DNA of 64,000 nucleotides, taken from contig NC_043026.1 of NCBI RefSeq assembly GCF_006345805.1, positions 1-64,000 on the forward strand, given 5' to 3'. This DNA is from Octopus sinensis (Eukaryota). A program made the position numbers and the translations under genes. Under the pieces are notes generated by a model, which had not been told where the DNA came from, made no database searches, and saw only the letters and a program-made list of their open reading frames with translations. Below, piece by piece: positions 1 through 13,149 of this stretch. Within the stretch, counting starts at the first letter, position 1, and every line of letters begins with the position of its first letter.

Positions 1-1050
1 TTACCTTAGAATCCAACTTAACCAACTAACTTCCTTGACGTCACCCTCGACTTAAAAACCTCACTTTATTACCCGTACCACAAACCAAAGAATCCCTTAG
101 ATATATAGATATTAATTCCACCACCCCAAAAATATATTAGATAACCTAGTAAAAAGTGTCTCAATAAGAATTTCTAGCCTGTCCGCCACGGAAGATATCT
201 TTAAGGCCGCAGCCCCCTATTACAACGAGGCCCTGGCCCGCAGTGGCTTTAAAGATAAGATTACCTATACTAGTATAGCCCCACGCCAACCCAGGAAAAA
301 TAGACGAAGACACATTAGCTGGTACAAACCCCCCCCTTCAACCGTGGTCGCTACACCTGTAGCTAAAATCTTCTTCACTCTCCTACAGAAACACTTCCCC
401 ACCCAACATAAGTACTACACTATCTAAATAAGAACACTATTAACTCTCCTACTCTACCACGCCCAATCTAGCCAGAACGTAGCCAACAACAATGTGAAAA
501 AACTTAACATATCTACTTTTTCCGCGCCCATCCAACGTCCGATAGCAATTGCAACTGCCCTGATAAACCACCTGCCCCCTCACAACACTGCCTACAGAGG
601 ACCTAGTATATACATGCGAGGTAAGATCAGGCCCTGACGATAAAAGAAAATCCTACATCGGAATGACGTCAAACAGCTTTAAGACCCGTTGGTACGCACA
701 CACACACTCGTTCCGGCGACCGGATAAATCCAACCAAACTACCCTCGCCGCCCACATCTGGTACCTTAAAAGGAACTCCATCCCCTCAAGACCAAGTGGA
801 AACCTACTACAGAAGGCGCGTTCGTACACAGGAGGCCATACCTGCTGTGACCTTTGCATTTCGGAGAGCCTGGAGATCTTGTTCGCCAAAGGCCCTCTCC
901 TTAACAAGATTTCAGAACACTCCCCAAATTGCATGCATAAGAATTATGCAAACTACAAGAACTATAGACCTACCCGGCAACCAGATTGATGACACCCCAC
1001 CCACAAACCCCCCCAATCCCACCGTTCCCCTAGCTACCCCGACTACCTTT
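1..1050 (+). mobile_element. Penelope-like retroelement (PLE), 3' part: RT end/thumb + GIY-YIG endonuclease, frameshifted; continues beyond the window start
   Basis: Pieced translation gives NFLDVTLDL, YPYHKP, HPKNILDNLVKSVSIRISSLS, a C-N-C-x4-C-P-L motif, YIGMTSNSFKTRWYAHTHSF and CCDLCISE...LLNK...CMHK, the typical PLE RT-EN order. Confidence 0.85.
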
Positions 1051-1505
1051 TCTCCTAAGACCTTTCACATATTGTATGTGCACGCTTGTATATGTGTATC
1101 GTATATATGTATAGAAATGTATGGGTATAGTAGGAATATACGCATGTATTATGTGTGTGTGTGTGTGTATGTATGTAAAAAAAAAATATATATATGTATG
1201 TGTGTGTGTGTGTGTATATATGTATATATGTATATATGTGTGTATGCATATGTATGTGTATATGTATGTGTGTATGTATGTGTATGTATATATAAAATAT
1301 TATATAATTAGGGCTTAGTAAAATAAATTACTTTGCCACATACTGAACTTTCTAGAAATAGCAGCCAAATAAGTTTTTTAGCCTTTTCCACTACTTAAAG
1401 AAAATTTTCTCTCAGACAATGTTTACTCAAAAAAATAATGGTCCTTTTACATACTGAATACTTGGTGAAATTGATTAATAACTAATTAACTTTACCCTCA
1501 ATTGT

Positions 1506-1506
<1 letters not shown>

Positions 1507-1563
<57 letters not shown>

Positions 1564-1686
1564 ATGTATGTGTATGTGTGTGTGTGTGTATATATATGTA
1601 TATGTGTGCGTGTGTGTATATATATATATATTTATTTATATATATATGTATATATATATATATGTATATGTGTGTATATGTATGTC

Positions 1687-1740
<54 letters not shown>

Positions 1741-2273
1741 TGTACGGGAGTATGTCGATGTATATGTAGGTATGTAGAGTTATGTGTATGTGCATGTATG
1801 TGTGTGTATATACAGATTGTAGATGGGTATATATTTGTGTGTGTATGTGTGCACATGTGTATGTGTATATATATGTGTGTGTATATATATATATATATGT
1901 GTATATATATATATATATGTATATGTGGGTATGTAGAGTTGTACGTATGTGCATGTGTATACGTATATGTGTATGTATATGTATGTGTATGTGTATGTAT
2001 GTACATATGCGTGTGTGTGTGTGTATGTGTGTATATGTATGTATATATGTATATATATGTGTGTATGTGTAGGTGTGTGTATGTATATATGTGTGTGTGT
2101 GTATGTATATATATATATGTATGTGTGTGTATGTATATATGTGTGTGTATGTATATATGCGTGTGTAAATATATATGTATATATATATATATATATAGAT
2201 ATATATATATGTGAATATGTGTGTGTATGTGTACATATGTGTATGTGTGTATGTGTATGTGTGTATGTATATG

Positions 2274-2318
<45 letters not shown>

Positions 2319-2405
2319 ATGCATGTATATGTGTATGTGCGTGTATGTGTATATGTGTATGTATGTGTGTGTGTATATATGTATATGTATGTATGTATAT
2401 GTATG

Positions 2406-2458
<53 letters not shown>

Positions 2459-2637
2459 ATGTATATGTGTATGTGTATGTATTTGTATGTGTATGCATGC
2501 GCGTATATGTATGTATATGTATACGTGTGGGTGTGTGTATGTGTGTATATATGTATGTATGTATGGGTGTATGTATGTATGTATGTATGCGGATGTGTGT
2601 ATATATATATGTATATGTATATATATGTATATATGTG

Positions 2638-2671
<34 letters not shown>

Positions 2672-3210
2672 TGTGTATGTGTATATGTGTATGTATATAT
2701 ATATGTGTGTATATATATGTATGTATGTATTTGTATGTAGGTGTATATGTATGTGTGTATATATATTTGGTGTATATGTATAGACTAGTCTTCTAAGATT
2801 GTAGACATGAATCTGTAGGTACGCGTATGTATGTGTATATACGTGTATGTATGTAGATGTATGTATGTATGAATATAACGCGTGCGTGCGTGTATGTGTA
2901 TGAGTGTACGAATGAGAGTGTGTGTGCGTGCTAATGAGTGTGCGCGCGTGAGTGAGTGCTTGTGCTCAAGTAGAAAGATAAAAGGGACTAGCCAAGATGT
3001 TTGTGACCAGCGGTCAAAGATAACAAAAGTAATAAATGAAGATAATAAAATTAAAATTAGGGAATGGGTTTGTAATTGTATGTATATATGTGTGTATGTG
3101 TAGGTATGAATAGGTACACATATGTATGTATGTATGTATGTGTATATATATGTATGTGTGTGTGTGTGTATACATACATATATGTGTATGAATGGGTACA
3201 CATATGTATG

Positions 3211-3243
<33 letters not shown>

Positions 3244-3454
3244 ATACATACATATATGTGTATATGTATATATGAGTATATAGGGACTTGTGTGTTGTGT
3301 GTGCATGTGTGTATGTGGATATGTGTGTGTATGTGAGTATGTGTATGTGTGTGTATGTATATATTTTTTGTGTGTATGTGTATGTGTGGTCGCGTGTGTG
3401 TGTATATATACATGTGTGTGTGTATATGTATATGCATGTATATGTGTATGTATG

Positions 3455-3485
<31 letters not shown>

Positions 3486-3504
3486 GTAGATATATGTATG
3501 TATA

Positions 3505-3553
<49 letters not shown>

Positions 3554-3592
3554 GTGTGTGTGTATGTATGTGTGTATGTATATGTGTGTGTG
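1507..3592. repeat. ~2.1 kb compound (AT)n/(GT)n/(ATGT)n microsatellite tract
   Basis: Read directly; it produces the many YI/CV/HT low-complexity ORFs. Confidence 0.95.
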
Positions 3593-3815
3593 TTGAGAAT
3601 TTCCTTATTTACCTAAAACTCTATTCTTCTATATAATTTTATATTTTTTTATTCTTTTTTATTCTTTTATTTATTCTTCTATCTAATTTACCACTGACTC
3701 CTTGACCACTCCCCAAGTATGATTTTTTTGCGCTATGCCTACCCCAAAAAGTCCCCCACCACCACCCCTATAAACCTGCCTAAATGTATAAATGCCAATA
3801 CAATTCTTGTTAACT

Positions 3816-3866
3816 AGCTTCCTGAAGATTTCTCTTGAATGAAACAGTTCTAGTCCTGTAGAAGCT
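3816..3866 (+). ncRNA. Minimal type I hammerhead ribozyme motif (probably from a PLE pseudo-LTR)
   Basis: agcttc-CTGAAGA-tttctcttgaat-GAAA-cag(ttctagtc)ctg-TA-gaagct: stem I 6 bp, intact core, stem III, GUA cleavage triplet; stem II weak. Confidence 0.7.
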
Positions 3867-3954
3867 CCTTCTATATAATAAATTAATTTTACTCTGCTAT
3901 GTATTGAGTACCTTATTTACTGTGGTTAACCCCGAATCAACCCGGGACCTACAC

Positions 3955-3995
<41 letters not shown>

Positions 3996-4349
3996 AATCC
4001 AATTTCTATATACAAGAAAAGGAGGTGCAGACACCACACAAGTAAATCTGTAACATTTCAATTTAAGACGGCATCGATGAATCGCATCTCATCTTTTCAA
4101 ATATCCTTAAAATATATCAAAATCTGAAGTAAAAACAGTTCATCTGTCTGGTGGACAGAAATATGTCTGGAGGTCTTTCCTTGAAATTTTCTTTAAATAT
4201 AGATTGGTATATGGTTCAAAGAGAGAGAGAAAAGGGGTGTAGTTATCTATTGTCTAAAATAAATATTTGTCTGTTCCTGCCAAGGGAGTGGCTAAAATGT
4301 ATATATTGACTGGCTTTTATATCTGGGTGGTAGTGTGTGTGTGTGTGTG

Positions 4350-4640
<291 letters not shown>

Positions 4641-5772
4641 GCAAGTACTTCCACACACTTCCCGTCTACCAAATTCCCAAATAGCCGCTCATTTTGACTG
4701 AACCAGGAGGCATTTGATTACCAAGCGACCTTCTTAATCTTACTGCTGTGCCTGCGCTTATATTGTGCCGTCTGTGTCGTTCATTAATGACCATGAATGA
4801 AAGCCCTAGATTTCCACCCAACTGGGAAGTGTCGTCCGTGTTTGAATAGTCCTATGCGCAAATGCCAGGACCTGCCACATAAGTCACACTTGTAGGTTGT
4901 ACCTATGGTGTTTGAGTTTTAATGTTCTTCCATTCCGCTGTAATGTTCGGGATTATCCCTATGGAACAGAGAGTTCGATTTGACCCAACCCTGGGCACAT
5001 TGGTATGGAGATTGTTACCATGCAATATGTCCCTGCTCTTTGCATCATTGATGGACCCAAAGGAACAACAACAAGCGTTGCAATTCCCTATCGGCCTCGT
5101 CGTAGAATTTGCGAGAGTGAGCTGGTAGACAGCATCGAACTGCCTCAGGGTGTTTCATGCCCGATTTTCCCTCAGTGTTTAGACCCAAACACCTTCCCAT
5201 GGTTTAGTATTGTTGCAAGGTGTCGGAGGTTGGGAATTAGAGTTTCCTTTCTCCTAAATGGGTTGCACCCCACCCAACACCCCCAGGCTAATGAGCCCAA
5301 TCTTCTATACTGAATTACTAATTAACCTATAGCTGGAACCTTGACGAGTACTTCGTCTCCGGGTCAGATAAGACCTTGGAACAACACTGGTTGAGAGACG
5401 ATTCTAAACTCTTTAAAACCCTGGGAATCTCCAATTAGGGCCCCATACTGAATGCAATTTAAAAGACTTCCCAAGACCTATGTTTCTAAATTATAATTTC
5501 TTCTTTTTCGTTTTCTCTTCCAAACATTCTTCCACTCACACACAAACACTCTCCATCTTCTCATTGTATCTCTCTCTTCTTTTGCAGGATATTTTTCTGT
5601 TACTCTTTCATGCTGTGCGACCCTTTCTTCATACCCCATTCCCTCTTTATTAATTAAAATTCATCTTGTCTCCTTGCTGAATCACCTTACATCACTCCTC
5701 ACCTCATTCTTCCTCTTTTCCATGCCATTTCTTTCTCCCTTCTTTTTCCATCTGGCAATCATAGAGCCAAGA

Positions 5773-6103
5773 ATGTCCCTGTTTCCTTTTACCCGTCCTG
5801 CTGCAATGGAAGTGCTTCTGTTAGCTCTTACAACCATCCAGGCTGTTACGTCAGATCAAGAATTTGATGAAGCTTACTACAAACGTTTGAGACCTGGTTA
5901 TTCCTATGATTATATTGGGACCTCTCCAACAGAACAATTCCCCATCGTATCAAGTCTACCGGAATGTGCCTTCTATGCTCTAAACAGCCAATCAGAATTC
6001 TTTACTTACAACAAAGTCAGCCGTGTTTGTAAGAATTACTCACCGAAAGCTATAGTGAAAGCCGTCAGCACGAGTGACACCAACGAGATTTCCTTCTATA
6101 GAA
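5773..6103 (+). CDS. Gene A exon 1: signal peptide + PAN/apple-like module
   Basis: ATG 5773; MSLFPFTRPAAMEVLLLALTTIQAVTS...ECAFYA...[14 protein letters not shown]...SFYR; donor AGAA|gtaagt, phase 1. Confidence 0.8.
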
Positions 6104-6189
6104 GTAAGTGAATCTTCTTTATTATTACTGTTGACTTATTTTTACATCGTTCGGTCAGATCAAAGTACCAGTATTATTATTATTATTAT

Positions 6190-8460
6190 TGTCATTTACT
6201 TTTAATCTGCATGTTTGATGCAAACACTTGCCGGAGCACACCCAGCGCCCTAGGGCAAGTGAAGGTTAAGAGTTGTTGAAATATAGCTGACAGCTTGGGG
6301 AGGGGAAGTAGAGAAATATCTCCATGTAATACAACACAAACATTTACATTGATAGGGTTTTTCTAAGGATGTGGGCAGTACGTGTTAGCACAATCTTTTG
6401 GATTTTCTTGAGACATGGTAGTCCAGTGATATTGTCTAGGTGTTTCTGACATCCCTTTTTTATCATACCTAGGGCACCTACAATAACAGGAACAGTTTTT
6501 TGTTTTAAGAATCCACATCTTTTGTATTTCGATTTCCAGGTCCTTATATTTACTAAGTTTGTCAAATTCCTTTACAGATATATTTTTATCAGTGGGTACG
6601 CTTACCTCTATTAGTCTGCAGGTCTTTAACAATTATGTCTGGTCGATTAGCCTTGATTGTTCTGTCAGTTTTGACTGGAAAATCCCAGAGGATGGTGGCA
6701 TTTTTGCTTTCAACAACTGGCTGAGGATGATGTTCATACCAGTTAACAGGAGTGCCGAATTTGGAGTGTTTACATATCTTCCAATGTATATACTGTCCTA
6801 CCCTATCGTGGCGATTTTTATATTCGTTTGGCGTCAGCACAGGACATCCCGAAACGAGATGGTCTATTGTTTCGTCAAATGTGTTGCAGAATCTGCATTT
6901 AGGATCAGTACCGTTTCGGAGAACGTTAGCCTGGTAATTTCTGGTAAACAAGCTTTGATCTTGTGCTGCCATTATGAAACCTTCAGTCTCTGCTTTCAAT
7001 CCTGCGCTCTTCAGCCACTGATGGGTTGTTGCTTGGTCTACATCAGCATTTTGGCTTCGGAGAATATATTGTCCATGCAGGGGTTTCTGGCTCCACCGCC
7101 TCTCACTTTGATTCTGCCCGTTCTTTCTGGCAGTCTGCTTGATTCGCTTTGCTTGCTTGGTAGCAGTGGTTTCCGGCTCTTCATCTGATTCAAGGTTAAT
7201 GTCTAGTTCCCTTTCGAACTAATAAGCTTCCTTGACAATAGAATGCAGCTTTTTGCTGCTTTCGTGTTCGCACACAAGTCGCAGTATCCATTCCTTTGTA
7301 CTAGATAGGTACCTGTTCATTCCTACAGTGGAGGTCTTATAGCACAGCTCTAATTGCATCATTCCTCTCCCCCGCTGCTTCTAGGTAGATACAGGCGGTC
7401 TACATCTGCTTTAGGGTGGTGCATGTTCTTGGATGTCAGTAATTTTCTTGTTTTCCTGTCCAAGCGTTGGAGTTCCGTAAGGTTCCAGTTAATGATGTTA
7501 AAACTGTACTGGACTACTGGAAGTGCCAGGGTGTTAATGGCTTCAATGCAATTTTTGGAGTTGAGTTCAGTCTTCAGTACAAGCCTTATTCTCCTATAGT
7601 ATTCCTTTCTTATTTTTTCCTTCATAGTAGCATTATGTATACCATCTCCTTCGTTGATTCCTAGGTATTTGTAACTTTCTTGTGGGTCAAGTTCCTTGAT
7701 GGTAGTGTCAATATCTAATTTAACAGAAGCTGTTTGCCTGAGCTTGCCTCTTACAAAAGTTGCTTTAGCACACTTCTCAAGGCCAAAATCGTTCCGATAT
7801 CATTGTTAAACTCTTTAACAGTTGTTAGCAGCCCTTCTAGCTCTTGGTCCTTCCTGGCAAACAGCTTTAGGTCGTCCATATAGAAAAGGTGGTTTATTGA
7901 CTTACTAAAAACTTTGTATCCATATCTGGTACTATCCAATTCGTTTGAGAGTGGGATCAGTGCCATGCAAAAAAGTAATGGTGAGAGGGAGTCACCTTGA
8001 AAGATGCCTCGTTTGATGTTGATGCTGTTGGACTGGCTCATCCCATTACTATGGCTTAGAAAGAGACGTGTGTTCCACATGGTCATGCTATTCTGTAAGA
8101 GTTTTGAGACGACAAGAGCCTTGAGTATCCATTTATGTGGGACACTGTCAAACGCTTTCCTGTAGTCTATCCATGCCATACTCAGGTTTTTGTTTTTGCT
8201 CCGGCAATTCTCTACAATCATTCTGTTTATGAGCAATTGGTCTTTGCACCCATAAGAGTTTCTTTTACAACCTTTTTGAGCTTGTGGAAGGATAGGGTTT
8301 TCTTCAAGGAAAGCGTACATTCTCTCCGTTATTATGGATGTGAGGATTTTGTAGGTAGTGTTGAGACATGTTATTGGCCGGTAATTCTTTGGGTTTTTTG
8401 TGTCTTCGGTTTTAGGTAATAGGTAGGTGGTTCCTTCAGTCAACCAAGCAGGTATTTGCT
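6190..8460 (-). mobile_element. 5'-truncated R4/Dong-clade non-LTR retrotransposon (RT + CCHC + restriction-like endonuclease) in gene A intron 1, antisense to the gene
   Basis: ORF pieces: YRPITCL, WIDYRKAFDSVPH, RGIFQGDSLSPLLF, LFYMDDLKLF; CRFC-x-ETIDHLVSGC, RHD; NRPDIIV...LIEVS...KLSKY; VPVIVGALG; ends next to a (TAA)n run. A few frameshifts. Confidence 0.92.
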
Positions 8461-8481
8461 CTGGGTTTTATTCTTCTTCTT

Positions 8482-8535
<54 letters not shown>

Positions 8536-8599
8536 GGTGGTGGTGAGGTTGTAGTTGTTGTTGTTGTGATTATTATTATTATTATTATTATCATTTCAG

Positions 8600-8778
8600 A
8601 TAGCCGATGGATTAAAACATATGCCCTATCTATGGGAGCTGGTTCAAAAATCTATAAGTCATTGTGGGCTGTAGGAAGTCCATCAACCTGGAATGTAGAC
8701 AAATGCAATGGTGTCTACTGTCCGAACTTTTTCCGACATCCCCTTCTTGATCTCTGGGTGAATCTTCCAATTGATGAG
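8600..8778 (+). CDS. Gene A exon 2
   Basis: tttcag|ATAGCCGATGG...GATGAG|gtatgt; (N)SRWIKTYALSMGAGSKIY...[27 protein letters not shown]. Confidence 0.8.
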
Positions 8779-10454
8779 GTATGTAAGCACTTATACACAC
8801 ACACACACACATACACAGACGAAATGAGATTCCTTCACACACACATTATCATAATCATAACCATAAAGATAAACTATCGTTTGGATCACTTCACATATAT
8901 TTCAGACATATTTTACCCGTAAAAACGGCGGTTTTCAGTGAGATTTACCGTGGAGAATATTCTTGCCTTAGGCAACAGTTGTTAACACACCTACAAACGT
9001 TTCAAAGAGCTCCCATGGACCGATGTATGCATTCCAAGCACTTTTGCTATCGTCAGCATCAGATTCCAAGCGGGACAATCCTCGACTGACTTTTGAAAGT
9101 CATCTTTCTCATAGAAAATCAATAGATATTGACTAATGTTCAGGTGCAACGGCTGCCATGCATGAAAGAATTATAGCTCAGACACAAGAAAGAGTGTTGT
9201 GATGAATTTTATCCGCCACAACCACAGTAGTAAGAATATTTATCATAGACAAAAGGCTCTCTTTTCTGGGAGTAACTAGGAAATGGGAAAAAAATTCGAT
9301 AAAATCAACTTATGATCCATGGCTTACGATACATGACTGGTAAAAGTTTTATTGTATTCGGCAGAAAGTAAAGCATGCGGACCCCGGTGAGACTTGAATT
9401 TGAAACTGAATTAGCTTGTCATTCTTCTTGTGAGATGGCAAGACTGAGTAACAAACAAAACCTTGAAGGAAGAGGTGAGCCAGGAACCTATTGGAACTCA
9501 GATCAACAGCATTAAATGAGATTAGACACAAATCTCTTTGCAAGGTAAGCCGTCTGATGGATATCCCAAGGGAGACACAAGTGTGAAGATCAAAAACAAT
9601 ATGAATAAGTTTAGGAGGGACTGAAAAACTGGCTGACGGTTGCACTTGGGGACAACTGAAATTCATTGCCTAATTTTGAGACTGATTTGGATCTGTTGTT
9701 GTGAAACTATACTCTATATGGAGGTAAAGGATTTAAAGAGGACATGTCGTCTGGCGTTTTGACCTGTACACCTAACTACTAATCTGAACGTTTCAATGGC
9801 TTCTCTGAAGGTTACACATTTTTCGGAAAGTATAGATTCATTGATTCAACCAACAGTATTTAACAGACAAGGATTTATCCAGCAATCCTCAACACACAAA
9901 AATTCATTGTACATAGAGCTTTATCGTCTGCCTTTTTCAGTCACTGGATAGTGGTCATGTTATGACACCACCTTGTAGGATTTTAATAGGGCAAATCCTG
10001 TGGTATGTATTCTGTCGAGATATTTTGGCGAACCGCTAAGTTACTGGGGCATAAACACAACAACATCATTTGTGAAGTAGTAGAAGTGACACAGGCAGAC
10101 ATATACACAGAAGCAAAGACATGAATACAAGCTATAAACACACGGAAATACAAATAAATGTCTCCCAAATTTACCCACAATGCATTGGTTGACCAACAAC
10201 TATGACAGAAGGTGCCAAGCACTGAGATTGAACTAGTATCACTTGGTTACAAATCCAGCATGCTTGCACCTCTTTCTTTCTCTTTCTGTTTCTGTTTCTC
10301 TTTCTCTCTCTTTCACCCACTCTCTCTCTACACACACACATATATGTGTGTGTGTGTATGTGTGTGTGTGTGTATGTGGGTGTATGTGTATAGTAGTAGA
10401 AGTAGTAGTAGTTTAGTAGTAGTATTAGTAGTAGTAGTAGTAGTAGTAGTAGTT

Positions 10455-10510
<56 letters not shown>

Positions 10511-10635
10511 CAAATAGAAAATCTGTGGTACTGTATTATATATTTGAAAAATATGAATAGAAATGGCTGTCCTTATAAATTTTCCACTGTAATAATTAGA
10601 TGCTTATAAGTTTATAAAGCAGTCATCAGTCCGAT

Positions 10636-10832
10636 AATTTAGAGTTGATAGACTGCTTAAATATTGAGTGTTTAATTACAAGCATACCCACATACAGACA
10701 CCAGCACTCACACATACCCACAGGATATGTTTGTGTGTGTATGTGTACATGCAGGTGTGGGTGTTGGTGTTTGTATATCTGTATACTTATAATTAAACAC
10801 TCCCAATTTAAGCATTGAATAAGCTCTAAATT
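10636..10832. repeat. MITE-like imperfect inverted repeat
   Basis: aatttagagttgatagactgcttaaatattgagtgtttaatta ... taattaaacactcccaatttaagcattgaataagctctaaatt around a CA/GT-rich core. Confidence 0.5.
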
Positions 10833-10978
10833 GTCAGTTTGAAATCCAGCTTTTAGCGAGACTCGCATCAGAGTCACCTTTTATTTAAACTTATAAACAA
10901 GCAAATATGAAAAGTGAAAAATTATAAGAAAAGCTATTTTGATTCATTCTTTCAAATACATATATATATGTATATACA

Positions 10979-11500
10979 TACAGGGTGGGCCAGATGTAAC
11001 TACCATATCTTTACAAATACTTGTATGAAATTTTAATTCAATATACAGGGGATACAAAGCAGATTAATTTGCATTAGATCTTTTCTCATCATACCTTTTG
11101 ATTACGTATGAAAAATGACATCAATTAAACGGCGTCCATTTTAAGCCTCACGCTTTATGGAGTGCTGTTCTCTTTGGTGTAGTGCTCTCGGTTTCTCAGA
11201 GCCTGAAAACCGACAATTGACGAACTCATTGAAATGAAAGAGAGCTTCATCAGACATGATGAATTTTCGTGTAAAATTTGAGTCACTTCGTGCCAATTCC
11301 TGAATTCTGACAGCGTATTGAAGTCCATGTTCATAATTGTGGGACTTCAACTGATGAACCAACAGTACCTTGTATGGAAAAAGTTTAAGGCTGCTGGAGA
11401 CTCTTTGCAGTGAAGTTTGTGAAATCCTACGCTGTCTGGACCACATTGGAGTCGACATACCCAGATTCTCTTAATTACTCTCTCGCCTTCGTCCACTTGT
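10979..11500 (-). mobile_element. Tc1/mariner transposon remnant
   Basis: ORF 11141-11458 has LKLFPYKVLLVHQL and FIMSDEALFHFNEFVN...CRFSGSEKP (first catalytic Asp region); TA-CAGGGTG terminus at ~10979. Confidence 0.75.
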
Positions 11501-11539
11501 CTTATCAGTTCTGATAGTGCAAAGACTTCCAGATGTTGT

Positions 11540-11830
11540 GATTCTCTTTCTGTCTTTCCAGCTGTTGTTGTTGTTCACGTTCAGCCAATCTAGCTGACCA
11601 CCACTAGTGATGCACACACGTCAAGTATTATCACTTTGAAGTTGTGATTCTCTTTCTCTCTTTCCAGCTGTTGTTGTTGTTCACGTTCAGCCAATCTAGC
11701 TGACCACCACTAGTGATGCACAGACGTCAAGTATTATCTGTTAATAAAGAATCCATACAAATATTCTGTCCAACATCAGTCTTTGAAGTTGTGATTCTCT
11801 TTCTCTCTTTCCAGATGTTGTTGTTGTTCC
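11540..11830 (+). repeat. ~2 degenerate copies of the 147-bp 3'-flank repeat of the gene family, with one AATAAA (11743)
   Basis: Same sequence as the array at 47980-49010. Confidence 0.8.
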
Positions 11831-12050
11831 ATTTCACATCTGACCAGATATGTATGTGTGTGTGTCTGTGTGTGTATGTGTGTGTGTGTGTGTGTGTGTT
11901 TATGTGCGCGTGTTTATGTGTGAGTATACATATTGTTGTAAATGTCAAACAATTAGAGTGAGTGTTCAACATCGCATTTGTGAATAAATATTCTATATTT
12001 GTATTAAGTCTATTTATGGTTTCACGTGAAGAAAATAGCTTAATACCTCA

Positions 12051-12152
12051 ACAATTTTTCAAGGGGATCAAATGAAGGAACAGCGTTCGTCTCCATTTTG
12101 TGTTTTAAACCAAAATGGAGACAGATAACACGTGATCGGCTTGAAAATTTGT
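12051..12152. repeat. ~100-bp palindromic MITE-like element (also at ~17250-17358 and ~49215-49317)
   Basis: acaatttttcaag...cttgaaaatttgt termini; internal gtctccatttt...aaaatggagac hairpin; found in the 3' flank of A, B and C in the same gene-relative orientation. Confidence 0.6.
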
Positions 12153-13149
12153 AAGATATTGCGATGTATTCTAAATATCAAATAAAATGTATCCTTATGA
12201 CACAAACAATATATATATATATATTATATACCTATATAGAGAGATAGATAGATACATACATATATATATATACATACATACATACATACATACATACATA
12301 CATACATACATACATACATACATACATACATACATACATACGTATAATATATAATATATATAATATATGTAATATATATATATAATATGTACAGCTTTAA
12401 AAAATACATTACAGCCGATCTAACCCATCGTTTTGTCACTAAGGGTTCAATGGAATGTTAAGGAAGAGTCCGATCTATTATGTAACACTGCACACTTCAG
12501 AGGTGGCAGTTACAGAATGAAATATGGTGATCATTCACGGTGGTTATAAAATTCTCACTCACTTCCGTTGTTTATAGCAGTTTTGGGATGTAAAGTGTCT
12601 TGAGTGTGGTTGTCTCAAGAAGAAGAAAGGCTGTCAGCGGTGCAGAATCTCTTTTTGATTGTGACTTGGAAGTCGAAGACTGTTAGAAAAACGTTATTAC
12701 AGGTGAAAATCTTGTGCCTGTTGTTATGACACCGGAACGAAGGTCTTCGTAGTGGAAGGCCCAAAAGATTTGAAGATGTCCAGAAAATTCTAGAGAATGT
12801 CACGAGGCAGCTGCTGGCTATCCCCAGAAATGAGTTCCAGGGATGTTCCCATCGATTGAAACGATGCTTCATCAATTGTGTTGCATCAGAAGAGAAATAC
12901 TTCGAAGGAGATAAAATCCTGAATTGTTGGAATTGTTGTTGTTAGCTGGCTTTTATTCTTTCTTCCCCGTTTATGGGTGAAGTTGTGAAAAACATTATTA
13001 TGGAGAATAGACAAGTGCAAACAGGTAGTTGTGCTGCGGTGACTGGCAAAACCTGTCAGCGGAGCCACTGCAGGTCCGTGAAATAGAAGTCAAAGACAAG
13101 GACTTCAAGAGATACAACACCTTGTTGAGAAAGTTATTGAGAATACGGA

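Larger units (their letters stand above)
5773..8778 (+). pseudogene. Paralogue A of the secreted PAN-like + unknown-domain gene: exons 5773-6103 and 8600-8778 intact, exons 3-5 not found (truncated or partial gene)
   Basis: Exon lengths (331, 179 nt), phases and GT-AG sites match genes C and D. No exon 3-5 homologue seen between 8778 and the retained 3'-flank homology at ~11520-12960. Confidence 0.7.

Noticed and set aside
4860-5330. GC-richer segment with short ORFs, possibly a retroelement fragment
   Set aside because: No motif I could assign; left unannotated.
5674-5772. Upstream extension of the gene A ORF from the track start at 5674
   Set aside because: Non-ATG start in a CT-rich flank; the ATG at 5773 matches the C/D start context (tagagccaag) and gives the same 331-nt exon.
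8779-8922. Read-through of gene A exon 2 into the intron as an alternative C-terminus
   Set aside because: The extension translates a CA microsatellite and breaks the conserved domain mid-way; the donor site is intact.
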